From the IMG/VR virus record IMGVR_UViG_3300042691_032560: DNA of 64,000 nt; one strand, 5' to 3'. The translations under genes were made by a program, and so were the position numbers. Shown piece after piece: positions 1 to 9,849 of the stretch. How positions within the stretch are numbered: the stretch's first letter is position 1; every line of letters begins with the position of its first letter. The notes beneath the pieces are model-generated. The model was not told the origin of the DNA. It saw only the letters and a program-made list of their open reading frames with translations, and made no database searches. The stretch is from an uncultured virus (IMG/VR IMGVR_UViG_3300042691_032560) (taxonomy: Duplodnaviria; Heunggongvirae; Uroviricota; Caudoviricetes).

Positions 1-26
1 CCAAAAAATATCCTTACCTACAAGCA

Positions 27-410
27 ATGGTACAGTCCAAACTTGGTGGTTATCTTTATTGTTCAGCGGCAGATGAGGATGAAATTATGATTCCGTTTGA
101 ATTACCATTTATTATAACTGAACTTCAAGTACTTGATGAAGAAATGCCAGACCATTATGATGCAACTGTTAATGTTATAATACCTGAATTAACAGAGAGT
201 AGAGAAAAACAAATTTTATTGTCTTGGTTATTTGATTATCTTACTGATATGGGGTCTGAGGTTGGAAGTTTTAATGACAGTAAATTAAATATGAAAGAAA
301 TTTGGATTCACGTAGACCAAATAAATGGTCAGATATTTCAATTATTGGGGGGTGGAGTAAGTGATAGAGAAGTTTTAGAGGTTATACCAGATAACTATAT
401 AAGAGATTAA
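27..410 (+). CDS. hypothetical protein
   Basis: 127 aa acidic ORF, co-oriented with downstream genes. Confidence 0.6.
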   Translation: MVQSKLGGYLYCSAADEDEIMIPFELPFIITELQVLDEEMPDHYDATVNVIIPELTESREKQILLSWLFDYLTDMGSEVGSFNDSKLNMKEIWIHVDQINGQIFQLLGGGVSDREVLEVIPDNYIRD

Positions 411-414
411 TACT

Positions 415-747
415 ATGACACAATTAGAAATTAACAGAATCAAAAAAGTATTCCACGATAACTATTTCGATTTAGGAATCTACAGATGGTTAAACAGAAT
501 GAAGAATTGGCTTAAACCATTTTTTGCATTAACGTTTGTTGCCGTATTATCAATGGCTTTAATTTGGTCTCCATGGCCAATTACTTATTGGGCTTTTGCC
601 TTTATTGGAACAATAACTGTTGGTGGTATTGACCACTTTATTATTGGTTTAAGTCTAAAAAGAATCCTTAACAAGTTGGAATCTGAGAATATCAAAATCA
701 GTCTTGAATCTTTGTTAGATATTTGTTCAGATATCACACCAAATTAA
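415..747 (+). CDS. hypothetical membrane protein
   Basis: two hydrophobic segments (FFALTFVAVLSMALIW, WAFAFIGTITVGG). Confidence 0.65.
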   Translation: MTQLEINRIKKVFHDNYFDLGIYRWLNRMKNWLKPFFALTFVAVLSMALIWSPWPITYWAFAFIGTITVGGIDHFIIGLSLKRILNKLESENIKISLESLLDICSDITPN

Positions 748-748
748 A

Positions 749-780
749 TTTGTCTGTTTAGGTTTTTGTTCTTACATTTG
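749..780 (+). promoter_or_regulatory. Bacteroidota-type housekeeping promoter
   Basis: TTTG (749-752), 20 nt spacer, TACATTTG (773-780), matching TTTG/TAnnTTTG. Confidence 0.65.
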
Positions 781-795
781 TAGAAAATTAAACAA

Positions 796-885
796 GTGGT
801 AGGAGTAATATTAGCAATTATATCGTTTTACGTATACTTGTTCTTAATTTGTGTAATAACAATTAAAACCGAAAAAGATAAATAA
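796..885 (+). CDS. small membrane peptide (not in ORF track)
   Basis: GTG-start 29 aa MVGVILAIISFYVYLFLICVITIKTEKDK directly after the promoter, ending 1 nt before the next ATG. Confidence 0.4.
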   Translation: MVGVILAIISFYVYLFLICVITIKTEKDK

Positions 886-886
886 C

Positions 887-1156
887 ATGGGAACCATTTA
901 CACTACAGTCGACGTTGATGTTGACATTGAAATTGATGAATTTGTTGATTCTTGTACTGACAGAGAAATTCAACTATTAATTAACTATCTTGGAGAAGTG
1001 GGTCATTTGAGTCGTCACAAAGTTAAGGATGACACAAAAATGACCGCAAATGAAATTGAGTTCAGTGATAAAATGCTATTGTTATCTGACAAATATTATC
1101 AGATGACAACTGAGGAAATTGAGGTTTTAGAAAACCTTTATAACAAATACCGATGA
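887..1156 (+). CDS. hypothetical protein
   Basis: 89 aa ORF, ATGA overlap with next gene. Confidence 0.7.
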   Translation: MGTIYTTVDVDVDIEIDEFVDSCTDREIQLLINYLGEVGHLSRHKVKDDTKMTANEIEFSDKMLLLSDKYYQMTTEEIEVLENLYNKYR

Positions 1157-1614
1157 TAGAAAGGGAACGTAAATTCAAACTCAAGTATCTACCTGAAGGT
1201 CTAACCCCGATTCATATCAAACAAGCCTATCTTATGTTTGATAAGAAGAAACAATTCAGGGTTAGAATCATTGATGATAAGGAAGCATGGGTTGCCTACA
1301 AAGTTAAGATTGATAAGACGACAAAGTCTGAGTATGAATATGAAATTCCTATACAGGATGCAAATCACCTGTATCAATCTACCGATATTAAACTTGAAAA
1401 AACAAGATATAAAACAACGTTTGAAGGTAACAAAGTTGATATAGATGTATACCCTGATGGTAAAACATCGGCAGAAATAGAATATGAGATTAATCTTGTT
1501 AATATTCCTGATTATTGTGGTGAAGAAATCACGGGTAATAAGGATTGGTCAAACTTGAATATAGCAAAGAAGAATAGGGTTGTAGGTGGTAAGTTAAAAA
1601 AGGGGGTCAAGTAA
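1153..1614 (+). CDS. CYTH-domain triphosphatase / class IV adenylate cyclase-like protein
   Basis: N-terminal ExExK (ERERKF), RVR, KTRY and AEIE motifs. Confidence 0.85.
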   Translation: MIERERKFKLKYLPEGLTPIHIKQAYLMFDKKKQFRVRIIDDKEAWVAYKVKIDKTTKSEYEYEIPIQDANHLYQSTDIKLEKTRYKTTFEGNKVDIDVYPDGKTSAEIEYEINLVNIPDYCGEEITGNKDWSNLNIAKKNRVVGGKLKKGVK

Positions 1615-1622
1615 CCCCTTTT
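1598..1622 (+). terminator. intrinsic terminator
   Basis: AAAAGGGGGT..ACCCCTTTT hairpin at end of CYTH gene. Confidence 0.55.
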
Positions 1623-1648
1623 AGTTTATTGTATATTTATTCAATACA

Positions 1649-2101
1649 ATGGCAATTTCAGAAAAACAAATTAAAGGTATTGATTTATCGGTTAGAGCAA
1701 CTAAAAAGGTATTTCCTTTTGTTAAAGGTTGGGAATTTACACCTGATTGGGAAAAATATTCCACTGTGATTTACGTCAATCTTTATATTGATTTTATTGA
1801 GCTTGGTAAATTTTTGAATATGGAAGTTAGAGAATATTGGTTAGAAAGTATTAAAAGTGGTGAAAAGTTTGTAACTGGAGCTTTACTAACTCCGTTTGAT
1901 TGGGGTGATTATGGTACTGATAATTGGGAGAAAATTTCAGACATATCTCATAATTTGAGGCTAAAAATTAATGATACTTTGTCAAAGGCCTACCAATTTA
2001 TTCCAGATGATATGAGTATTTTTTATAGTTTTGGTACAGGTAGTTTAAGGTCTGAAAATAAGCCAAGTATATCTGCAGACAACTTCATTTATAAATCTTA
2101 A
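1649..2101 (+). CDS. hypothetical protein with ISE leader
   Basis: TATTTAT at 1634-1640; starts MAISEKQ. Confidence 0.7.
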   Translation: MAISEKQIKGIDLSVRATKKVFPFVKGWEFTPDWEKYSTVIYVNLYIDFIELGKFLNMEVREYWLESIKSGEKFVTGALLTPFDWGDYGTDNWEKISDISHNLRLKINDTLSKAYQFIPDDMSIFYSFGTGSLRSENKPSISADNFIYKS

Positions 2102-2460
2102 TGCTCATGTAACCATTTAATGGTTATTTTACCAATTCCATTATCATCACCAATCAATTTCATCATACTTCTTATTTCTTCATCGATAATAACTCTTAAC
2201 CCCGCATTAGCGGTTTTTTTACCTCTCCTAAATCCTTTTACAGGTTCGAACCAATAACCCGCCAATGCCCACCACTGACATTTGTTTAAATTAACGGTTA
2301 AATCATATTCGGTATCATATTCACCGTAAGCTGTATGTACAAAATAGTTTAATTTACGTTCTTTCACTCTAACTAACGTAAATTTACCCTTGAATATCAT
2401 TGTTTGAAAGTTAAACTCTTTTCCAACAACATATTTTTTGAACCTTTCTAAACTATTCAT
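2098..2460 (-). CDS. hypothetical protein (start revised to 2460)
   Basis: ATG at 2460 preceded by TATATTTG (2472-2465); removes the overlap with the divergent gene. Confidence 0.65.
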   Translation of the reverse strand: MNSLERFKKYVVGKEFNFQTMIFKGKFTLVRVKERKLNYFVHTAYGEYDTEYDLTVNLNKCQWWALAGYWFEPVKGFRRGKKTANAGLRVIIDEEIRSMMKLIGDDNGIGKITIKWLHEH

Positions 2461-2494
2461 TAGACAAATATATAACTTTTTATATTTATTAGTA

Positions 2495-3172
2495 ATGAAA
2501 ATAAGTAAATTTTTCAAATTATTACCCGATTTTGTTAAGAATATTGATGTAAACGGGATTATTATTAAAACTCATGAAGATGAGTATTTAGAAACCGTTT
2601 ATCGTGTTACAGGTGAAAGATTTGAGGTACCTGTTTTTACCATAGATAATCCACAAGATTTACCGTATACAAAAGAAGCCATTTTAGAGTTTTTATTAGA
2701 CGAAGTAACTAAATTCAGCCAATTTGTTTCTGCCGACTTTATAGGTGTAAAAAATCTAATTCAATTTGATGACTCTGTATTGGATATCTACATACCCGAA
2801 AGAATTAGAAAAGAACTTTCAGCGTGTTTGCAATCAGTAAATTTTAATAAAGTTATTTATACAACAAATGCGAATTATACGGTTGAGGGGCAATTCACTG
2901 GTAATTATTGGTTTGAACATGAAAGTGATGGCCTTATATGGTGGGTGGACTTTAAGCCAATTAAAATTGACGTTGTGGGTGAAGATAGGTACAATGTTAT
3001 AAAAAGCATTCCCGATAATGAAATGGAGAATATAATTAACTATATTAAATGGGATTACAGCGAAAGATTTGAGGACCCAATTTGGCGTTGTTCAAGAAAT
3101 ACCCTATCTTCGCTGCAATCATTTTATGACCCCGATTGGATGGTTTGGTCAACTTATATTAATGTAGTATAA
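2495..3172 (+). CDS. hypothetical protein (start revised to 2495)
   Basis: TATTTAT 2483-2489 then ATG MKISKFF. Confidence 0.7.
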   Translation: MKISKFFKLLPDFVKNIDVNGIIIKTHEDEYLETVYRVTGERFEVPVFTIDNPQDLPYTKEAILEFLLDEVTKFSQFVSADFIGVKNLIQFDDSVLDIYIPERIRKELSACLQSVNFNKVIYTTNANYTVEGQFTGNYWFEHESDGLIWWVDFKPIKIDVVGEDRYNVIKSIPDNEMENIINYIKWDYSERFEDPIWRCSRNTLSSLQSFYDPDWMVWSTYINVV

Positions 3173-3188
3173 TTGTAAAAAATATCTT

Positions 3189-3572
3189 ATGAAAACCTTA
3201 ATTATCTCAGTAATCTTTTTACTTAACGCAACATGTCTATTTTCACAATTTAACGGGATAACCGAACAATTTAAGTTTGGTACAAAGAATATTAATACGG
3301 GTAAATTTGAGTGGAATGAATGGGTGAGAATCGAACCAATATCGATACATATATCTTCCGATAGTATTATCATCAATTCTTTAACTAAACAGATTTATTA
3401 CGTTGATAAAATCAATGATAATTTGAAGTCAGGGGAAGCAATGGTTCTTGACGTTCACAATACAAAAAATGAAAAATTGAAAGTGTATCTTTTTACAGAG
3501 GATGACTTTGATAGAAAATATTTGATGGTCAATTCAAAAAATGAATCTTGGATGTATGAATTAGAAAATTAA
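3189..3572 (+). CDS. secreted hypothetical protein
   Basis: signal peptide MKTLIISVIFLLNATCLFS|Q. Confidence 0.65.
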   Translation: MKTLIISVIFLLNATCLFSQFNGITEQFKFGTKNINTGKFEWNEWVRIEPISIHISSDSIIINSLTKQIYYVDKINDNLKSGEAMVLDVHNTKNEKLKVYLFTEDDFDRKYLMVNSKNESWMYELEN

Positions 3573-4678
3573 AAATAACTTGTTACGTTGTCATTTATAC
3601 AGTTATAAATTTTTCTATAATCAGGATATTCACTCAAACTGATTCTTATTTCCTCAACGTCTCCGTCATTTATTAAATCCTTCATGAGATAATAAAACGA
3701 ACCTAAACTTTCAATCGTGTCGTCATAACTATTATTATGATTATGATTATTTTCTAACCATATAACCATATTATTATAAATAGCTCTTGTTGCTTTGTAT
3801 CTTTTACCATACAAAGTTCTACTAACCCTGTTACCCTCTTTATCCCAACCTGATTTTTGATATTTGTATTCTTCTGTTTTTGTGTCATCAATAACAAATC
3901 CAACGAGTCCATTCATAATATCATCATACCAATCATCAGTCAAAGTATCGTTATAACACATACTATATATGTTATAAAGATTACCCCTAACATCATCTAG
4001 TTCTTGGTTAATAAGATACTTTAAAGAATCTTTATCCTGAATTAACTGTGTAATAATTTCATCATCGAGCTCAACGTATTCTTCGTGTCCTTGCTCATTA
4101 GCCAAAGTATTGATTACTTTGGGTGACTTATACCCATTATTGATTTGGGTCATACTTTTTAATTCTTTAATGATTTCTTGGTCAACAAGTTCTTTATTTT
4201 CAGGAGTTAAAACAGAATACACATCACCATATTCATCATCTGTTAAATCACCATACCAACTACCGTCATAATCAAAATTCAAAATTGTTCTGATGATATT
4301 ATTACTTACACCCCCTCTACCTTCGTAAAAATATTCACTTAATTCCTCTGAATTTGTATCATAATAATAATCATTACCAATTTTGGTAACATCTGATAAA
4401 TAATTATCAACTATTTTCCAAACAAAGTTCTTGTCATTTTTATAGAATGAATAAAATAAAGAATTTTGTAAATCTTTTGCCCCGTCAGCAAATGGATTAA
4501 TTAAATGTAACCAACCTTTTTTTGATAAAATATTAATGAAACTATCCAAACCTCCAACAAATGATTCCAAAAACTCTAAATCTATTTCGTTGTTATTAAA
4601 TTTATCAACTAAATCCAATATAGTCTCATCCCTTGATGATTTTTTTGGTTCCTCTTGAATGTTCATTTTCAAACTCAT
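3569..4678 (-). CDS. acidic hypothetical protein (start revised)
   Basis: long D/E/Y-rich ORF; TATTTAT on minus strand at 4689-4683. Confidence 0.75.
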   Translation of the reverse strand: MSLKMNIQEEPKKSSRDETILDLVDKFNNNEIDLEFLESFVGGLDSFINILSKKGWLHLINPFADGAKDLQNSLFYSFYKNDKNFVWKIVDNYLSDVTKIGNDYYYDTNSEELSEYFYEGRGGVSNNIIRTILNFDYDGSWYGDLTDDEYGDVYSVLTPENKELVDQEIIKELKSMTQINNGYKSPKVINTLANEQGHEEYVELDDEIITQLIQDKDSLKYLINQELDDVRGNLYNIYSMCYNDTLTDDWYDDIMNGLVGFVIDDTKTEEYKYQKSGWDKEGNRVSRTLYGKRYKATRAIYNNMVIWLENNHNHNNSYDDTIESLGSFYYLMKDLINDGDVEEIRISLSEYPDYRKIYNCINDNVTSYF

Positions 4679-4724
4679 ATTCATAAATATTGACAATATT
4701 GATATTGTTGTGTATAATTCATTT

Positions 4725-5084
4725 ATGAAAAAATATCTTACACTTAAAAATTTAGGATGGCTTATCACCGCAGTTGTGGTGTTTATGCTAGGAATGGGAG
4801 CAATTTCAAAAGTTACTCATTCAGAGGAAATGGTTCAGAATTTTACATTCTTCGGAATGCTTCCTCAAATGACATGGATTGGTGTTTTTGAACTAGCTTC
4901 ATTAGCACTGTTGGTTTATCCAAGAACTTCAGTATTGGGAGCTCTCGGAGTATCATCTGCTATGTCAGGAGCTGTTGCAGTTCACTTTGCAATATTAGGT
5001 GGAGTTGGTATCTTTATGCCAATCCTACTTGGTAGTTTGGCATGGTCAGCTCACTGTCTAAGAACTTACACTGTTAAGCCTTAA
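4725..5084 (+). CDS. DoxX-family membrane protein
   Basis: four TM segments; GVFEL..LLVYPRT..LGA..M.GAVAVH pattern. Confidence 0.75.
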   Translation: MKKYLTLKNLGWLITAVVVFMLGMGAISKVTHSEEMVQNFTFFGMLPQMTWIGVFELASLALLVYPRTSVLGALGVSSAMSGAVAVHFAILGGVGIFMPILLGSLAWSAHCLRTYTVKP

Positions 5085-5102
5085 ACTGATAATCAGTAAG
5101 TT

Positions 5103-5131
5103 AAACCCCTCCAATAAAGAGGGGTTTTTTT
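5103..5131 (+). terminator. intrinsic terminator
   Basis: AAACCCCTC-N7-GAGGGGTTT followed by T run. Confidence 0.75.
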
Positions 5132-5152
5132 ATTTTAAAACTATTTATTAAC

Positions 5153-5545
5153 ATGGAATATGAAATTAATCAAAATAGATTAGATGAAGTAGTTATAAAG
5201 TTCTTAGAGAACTACTTTAAAAATGAAGAAATAAATTATTTTCATCCCTATGACTATTTTGTAGATGAAGAAGGTAATCATTTTGAGGGTCTAGACCCAA
5301 ATAAAGTTATATTCTACATGGGTAAGTACGATGAGGATGACGTTTTATTTTATTGGTATGGTGTAGGTTATTGGACAAGTAATAATCCAACAGGGGATAT
5401 AAGGAGGTCAAATTCCCCAATGTTATCGGTAGAAGTGCCAATAGAAAATTTATTGGATGAGATGTTCGGGAAAAAGATATGGCACAGTGGTATAAAAACT
5501 TGGTTTGAAAGTAAATTCCCCTATAAAGTTAAAACGGTTAGATAA
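5153..5545 (+). CDS. hypothetical protein
   Basis: TATTTAT 5142-5148; 130 aa ORF. Confidence 0.7.
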   Translation: MEYEINQNRLDEVVIKFLENYFKNEEINYFHPYDYFVDEEGNHFEGLDPNKVIFYMGKYDEDDVLFYWYGVGYWTSNNPTGDIRRSNSPMLSVEVPIENLLDEMFGKKIWHSGIKTWFESKFPYKVKTVR

Positions 5546-5557
5546 TCAAAAATTAGA

Positions 5558-5965
5558 CTATTCGTAATCAACGTCCATACAGATATTATCAAATACACTT
5601 AATTCGTTTTGAATCAAATCTTTAAACTCATCTTCAACCCAAGAAGGTAAATATTGTATTCTTCTAACTTCTTCCCAATCATTTGTACCTTCAAACCCAA
5701 CCATTATTTTATCTATTTTAACATAAACGACACCTTCGTACTGACAATGTTTTCCATTTGATTTCCAAAGACTAACTTTGGTTACATGGTAATTAATTAT
5801 AAAATCAACATAGTCATCCTTATCAGTATAAGGCATGAGGTATTTACCTTTAAATTCCCTATCACCCTTTAATGTGTGTTTGATAATCTCTAAGTATTTT
5901 TCGGTTGCTGTCTCAACCAAAATTTTACCAATCCTATCTCTTAATGTTTCTTTAATTTTAGACAT
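5558..5965 (-). CDS. hypothetical protein
   Basis: 135 aa; leader ending KILVE; TATTTAT upstream. Confidence 0.7.
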   Translation of the reverse strand: MSKIKETLRDRIGKILVETATEKYLEIIKHTLKGDREFKGKYLMPYTDKDDYVDFIINYHVTKVSLWKSNGKHCQYEGVVYVKIDKIMVGFEGTNDWEEVRRIQYLPSWVEDEFKDLIQNELSVFDNICMDVDYE

Positions 5966-5981
5966 AACATTTTATATGATA

Positions 5982-5993
5982 ATAAATATTTAT
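5982..5993. promoter_or_regulatory. putative bidirectional phage late promoter
   Basis: perfect palindrome ATAAATATTTAT placing TATTTAT on both strands between divergent genes. Confidence 0.55.
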
Positions 5994-6020
5994 GATTAAA
6001 TAAAACAAAAAAAATAAGTT

Positions 6021-6629
6021 ATGTGCTACACAAGAGAACAAATTGAAAAAACAGTCAAATCAAAAGGTTACACTTGGTTTGAGGATGCAAGTAATAAAAC
6101 TTACGATGTTAACATTGTTGGTGTGAGAAACAATCACCCATCAATTGCAGACAAAGTTACAAATCTTTTTGATGATTGTCTTACTATCACCTATAAGGAT
6201 GAAACAGGAAATTGGAAGTTCCACTGCTGGAGCGCCACAACAGACCCAGGTAAAAAAGGTGTTATGGAATTTCACAATAAAAAGGGCGTTGCTAGATTGG
6301 TACCAAACCAATACAGAGGTGTTTGGAAAATTGACAAACATCAGGGTAAATACGACGCTTTGTGTCAGAGATTAGGTAACGTTACTGTTTGGAGAGATGC
6401 TAACAAAGATTTAATTTTTGAAGAAAAAGTAACAGATACTGGTATCTTTGGTATCAATATTCACAAAGCCGGTCAAGATTCTCAATGGGTGGAAAATTGG
6501 AGCGAGGGATGTCAGGTATTTAAAAGAGTTAAAGATTTTGACGTATTTATGTCAATATGTAAGAAAGCCGCCAAAATTCATGGTAATAAGTTTTCTTATA
6601 CTTTGGTTGAATCTACGGATATTGTTTAA
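6021..6629 (+). CDS. YkuD/L,D-transpeptidase-like cysteine peptidase, putative cell-wall enzyme
   Basis: GINIH...WSEGCQV resembles the H..SxGC catalytic motif. Confidence 0.55.
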   Translation: MCYTREQIEKTVKSKGYTWFEDASNKTYDVNIVGVRNNHPSIADKVTNLFDDCLTITYKDETGNWKFHCWSATTDPGKKGVMEFHNKKGVARLVPNQYRGVWKIDKHQGKYDALCQRLGNVTVWRDANKDLIFEEKVTDTGIFGINIHKAGQDSQWVENWSEGCQVFKRVKDFDVFMSICKKAAKIHGNKFSYTLVESTDIV

Positions 6630-7177
6630 TCTAAAATTAATCTATCGATACTAATTAAAAAGCCGGTTGTTTCTGTGATTTTTTTAATCAATAATTCATA
6701 GATGCAATCGGCTATTTCTCCTTCTATTTCAAACCCATAATCAGGATTGTTTATTGCATCACCCAAATTTTCTTCCTCACCTCCAATCATTAATAAAGTA
6801 ACTGTTCCATTTTCTACATCAGGTTTTACTATAACATATATTTCACCAATATCATTATCAATTTTATAATGAACAACTTCAAAATCAAAGTTATATCCTC
6901 CACAAGAATTAACCGTATAGTTTTTTTGTTTCAATAAGTCAATTGCCTTAGATTTTGCGTTATCACCACCATACCACTTTCTTAACATTCTATAAACGTC
7001 GTTTCTACTTATCATAAATCCTCCGAACTCTAAACCAATATTAGTAAATCCAAAAAGTTTGAAGAACAAGTCATCAGCCTTTGGCCCGTTTTTGTCCCAA
7101 AATTTAAAAAACATTCTTTGAGCCTTGTCATAAACACTCAATCTTTCTTGTTGATGTTCAGAGATAATAAACTTCAT
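6626..7177 (-). CDS. hypothetical protein with ISE leader (start revised)
   Basis: MKFIISEHQ preceded by TATTTAT (7188-7182). Confidence 0.7.
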   Translation of the reverse strand: MKFIISEHQQERLSVYDKAQRMFFKFWDKNGPKADDLFFKLFGFTNIGLEFGGFMISRNDVYRMLRKWYGGDNAKSKAIDLLKQKNYTVNSCGGYNFDFEVVHYKIDNDIGEIYVIVKPDVENGTVTLLMIGGEEENLGDAINNPDYGFEIEGEIADCIYELLIKKITETTGFLISIDRLILD

Positions 7178-7212
7178 ATTGATAAATATAATCAAAATTA
7201 CTATTTTTGAGT

Positions 7213-7563
7213 ATGGCTCATCCTTTACAACATTCAAAATCATCCGTTAAAAAGTGGGGTGGTAAAGTTGAAGATTATATTGAGATTCACAATTGGTTTG
7301 ATGAAACCAAGTCATGGATTGGTAGTTCTTATCACAGAATGATGAGACATCACTCTGAGGGTATTTTTGAATGTGAGAAGAAGTTCGGTATGTCATTTGA
7401 AAATAGTGATGGTAAAACTGTCTATACTCGTTATGTAGGAGAACAACATGTCAAGGAGGATTGTTACAATTATATACCATCGGCTCGTGAATGGATACAA
7501 GCCATTGAGTCCAAAGAAAAACCAATGTGGATGATTAGGACTTTGGACTTAAATCTAGATTAG
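7213..7563 (+). CDS. DUF6915-like His-rich protein
   Basis: MAHP..HS.SSVKKWGG..EDY..IH.WFDE.K, HR.MRHH.EGIF and GEQHV.ED motifs. Confidence 0.7.
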   Translation: MAHPLQHSKSSVKKWGGKVEDYIEIHNWFDETKSWIGSSYHRMMRHHSEGIFECEKKFGMSFENSDGKTVYTRYVGEQHVKEDCYNYIPSAREWIQAIESKEKPMWMIRTLDLNLD

Positions 7564-7576
7564 AATATTTATTGGT

Positions 7577-8269
7577 ATGACAAAAAATCTTAAATTATCA
7601 GAAGAACAATTAAAAACTTTAAAATTGTTTTCATACTACTGCGGTAGTTATGGTGCTAAAACGGCAACATTAACAGTATATCTTAATGAAGGTGGTAGTA
7701 TAGATTGGGTAGATAGTTATTGGTATTCTGAAACAAATACACTAATTGATACTTATGATAAAATTAATGAATTAATTGATTATATTTTAAGGGAAACCGA
7801 ATTATTGAATTATTATGACTACGATGGCTCCGGTACATTACACTTTGAAATTGATGTTAAAGAGCGCAAAATGAATATTGAAGGTTATCATAGAGAATAT
7901 TCAACCGATGATTCTTATAAAGAATGGAATAGTGAGGATGATGATTTTGGTGATTTAAAAGAGGATTTTGATAGATTCTTTGAACAAATGGGTGACGAGC
8001 CCGGTAAACTAAGTTTTGATGGTAGTGGTGACTCAGGTCAAATACATGACAATATTGAATTATCTAGCGGTCAATCAATGGACATACCATCATTTATTGA
8101 AGAATGGTGTTACGATATGTTACAATATCATTTTGGTGGTTGGGAGATTAATGAAGGGTCTCAGGGTTCGTTTTATATTTACCCATCAAGAAAATTGATA
8201 GAACTTCAATTTGAACAAAACATTGAGGAAGATGAAGGTGACGGTACTGTTGGTTATGTAGAATTCTAA
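7577..8269 (+). CDS. DUF6878-like acidic protein
   Basis: FDGSGDSG and GWEINEGSQG motifs; TATTTAT 7566-7572; LSEEQ leader. Confidence 0.6.
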   Translation: MTKNLKLSEEQLKTLKLFSYYCGSYGAKTATLTVYLNEGGSIDWVDSYWYSETNTLIDTYDKINELIDYILRETELLNYYDYDGSGTLHFEIDVKERKMNIEGYHREYSTDDSYKEWNSEDDDFGDLKEDFDRFFEQMGDEPGKLSFDGSGDSGQIHDNIELSSGQSMDIPSFIEEWCYDMLQYHFGGWEINEGSQGSFYIYPSRKLIELQFEQNIEEDEGDGTVGYVEF

Positions 8270-8841
8270 TCAGCGGTTTTCTTACTACTTGAAATTCTCC
8301 ATTGATAATGTCTGAGTGATATATTATCACCTACTTTTTTTTCTATGTCCTCTAAGAAATTTTCACCGCCAAGACCATATTTTGCTCTATAAAATTGATT
8401 GTAGTTTTTATGACCACCAAGATATATTGTTAATACAGGTTTTGGGTAATCGGAGTCCCACGAAATTCCAGCGTCAAACTCAGGACTTATTTCTTTAACC
8501 GCTTCTTGAACTTTTTTCTCAATATCATCTAAAAATTCATGATTTTTTGGTAAAAAAGCCGTCTTATATTCTAATTCACCAAAAAATTTTCCCGCTTCTA
8601 CTAATCTTTTTTCCAAAGCATTCATAGGGGTGATGAAAGCCGGTTGATTTGGTCTTCTTTTTCTGATTAATTTTTCCGCATAAGATTGGTCATACTTTGG
8701 ACTATTTTCGTCAATCTTTTCAACATCAACTCGAGCAATCAAATACTTACTACCGTGATGTTCCTCCACACTTATATCAATATCTGCAAAATCAGTAGTT
8801 GTACTGATATAAGATATTAATGTTTTATCGAACTTTGTCAT
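8266..8841 (-). CDS. hypothetical protein
   Basis: 191 aa ORF; TATTTAT 8853-8847. Confidence 0.7.
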   Translation of the reverse strand: MTKFDKTLISYISTTTDFADIDISVEEHHGSKYLIARVDVEKIDENSPKYDQSYAEKLIRKRRPNQPAFITPMNALEKRLVEAGKFFGELEYKTAFLPKNHEFLDDIEKKVQEAVKEISPEFDAGISWDSDYPKPVLTIYLGGHKNYNQFYRAKYGLGGENFLEDIEKKVGDNISLRHYQWRISSSKKTAD

Positions 8842-8865
8842 ATTGTATAAATATCTTTAAATTTA

Positions 8866-8890
8866 AAAACCCCCACCATTGGTGAGGGTT
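8866..8890 (-). terminator. probable intrinsic terminator
   Basis: AACCCCCACC..GGTGAGGGTT imperfect hairpin with A run on + strand, downstream of the ferritin-like gene. Confidence 0.5.
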
Positions 8891-8910
8891 CAAAGATAAG
8901 ACAATTTAAG

Positions 8911-9360
8911 TTATTTTAAAAACTTCATTTTATATAAAGTCGAATAGAGTAAGGTTTGAACCTCATCAATTTGGTTTTGTATGTATGATTCTTTAACTGA
9001 CTTTCTATTTTTTTCAATAACTGAATCAATTTTTTCAAGATATGTTATAACTTGTTCTCCACTTTTGTAGTCTTCAATTTTACCAGTACCATATCCTTTA
9101 ATAATTCCGTGTTTACCTTGGTGACTTTCAACAATACCATCAATTAAATCACCAATCCCTTCATAGAAATCACCCAAAGCCTTATGTTCGGCGTATGATT
9201 CAGTTTGTAAGTGAAATACATGAATTTGATTTCTTGAATGAAGTAGTATTGATAACATTTCTGTTAGACTTCCTGATTTTTTTTCGGTTTCTTCTTGTTC
9301 CGATAACAATCCTCTTTTTTTAACTTCTTCAAAGAGTTTGTTTTTAAATTTGTTGTCCAT
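8911..9360 (-). CDS. ferritin/Dps-like protein (DUF5856-like)
   Basis: HVFHLQT.SYAEHKAL..FYE....IDGIVE and QNQIDEV helical metal-ligand pattern. Confidence 0.75.
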   Translation of the reverse strand: MDNKFKNKLFEEVKKRGLLSEQEETEKKSGSLTEMLSILLHSRNQIHVFHLQTESYAEHKALGDFYEGIGDLIDGIVESHQGKHGIIKGYGTGKIEDYKSGEQVITYLEKIDSVIEKNRKSVKESYIQNQIDEVQTLLYSTLYKMKFLK

Positions 9361-9388
9361 TTTTTATTTATAAATATAAATTTTTTAT

Positions 9389-9829
9389 TTATTCCTCTTG
9401 TTTACCACCATATTTTTCCAAATAAAAATTTTCAAAAACATTTAAGTTTTTTATTCCAACTTCATTAATTCTATCTAATATATAATCTATGGAATAATTG
9501 GTCTCTAAAAAACGTCTAATTTTATTTTGAAGGATGGAATCAGCAATACCTTCGTTTTTACAGTATTCTTCGGATAAATCTATCTTATGAAACGACAATC
9601 CAATCTCTTTTATAAATTTTTCGATTTGTTTTAACATGTCTTCGTCAGCCAAGAACACATCCCATGCCTTTCCAGAATCCTCACTTGAACTATCGCTTGG
9701 TACAGTTTCAGAAACTTTCTGAGCCCATTCTCTCTGTTTCTTGGTCATATTAGTAGCCAAAAAGTCATCAACTTCATCAGGATTAAGTAAATATTGAAAC
9801 TTAACTAATTTTAGTTCAGAGAGGTTCAT
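9389..9829 (-). CDS. hypothetical protein with DUF6576-like C-terminus
   Basis: IDYILDRINEVGIKNL motif. Confidence 0.6.
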   Translation of the reverse strand: MNLSELKLVKFQYLLNPDEVDDFLATNMTKKQREWAQKVSETVPSDSSSEDSGKAWDVFLADEDMLKQIEKFIKEIGLSFHKIDLSEEYCKNEGIADSILQNKIRRFLETNYSIDYILDRINEVGIKNLNVFENFYLEKYGGKQEE

Positions 9830-9849
9830 TTCAATTTTTTTTTTAAAGG

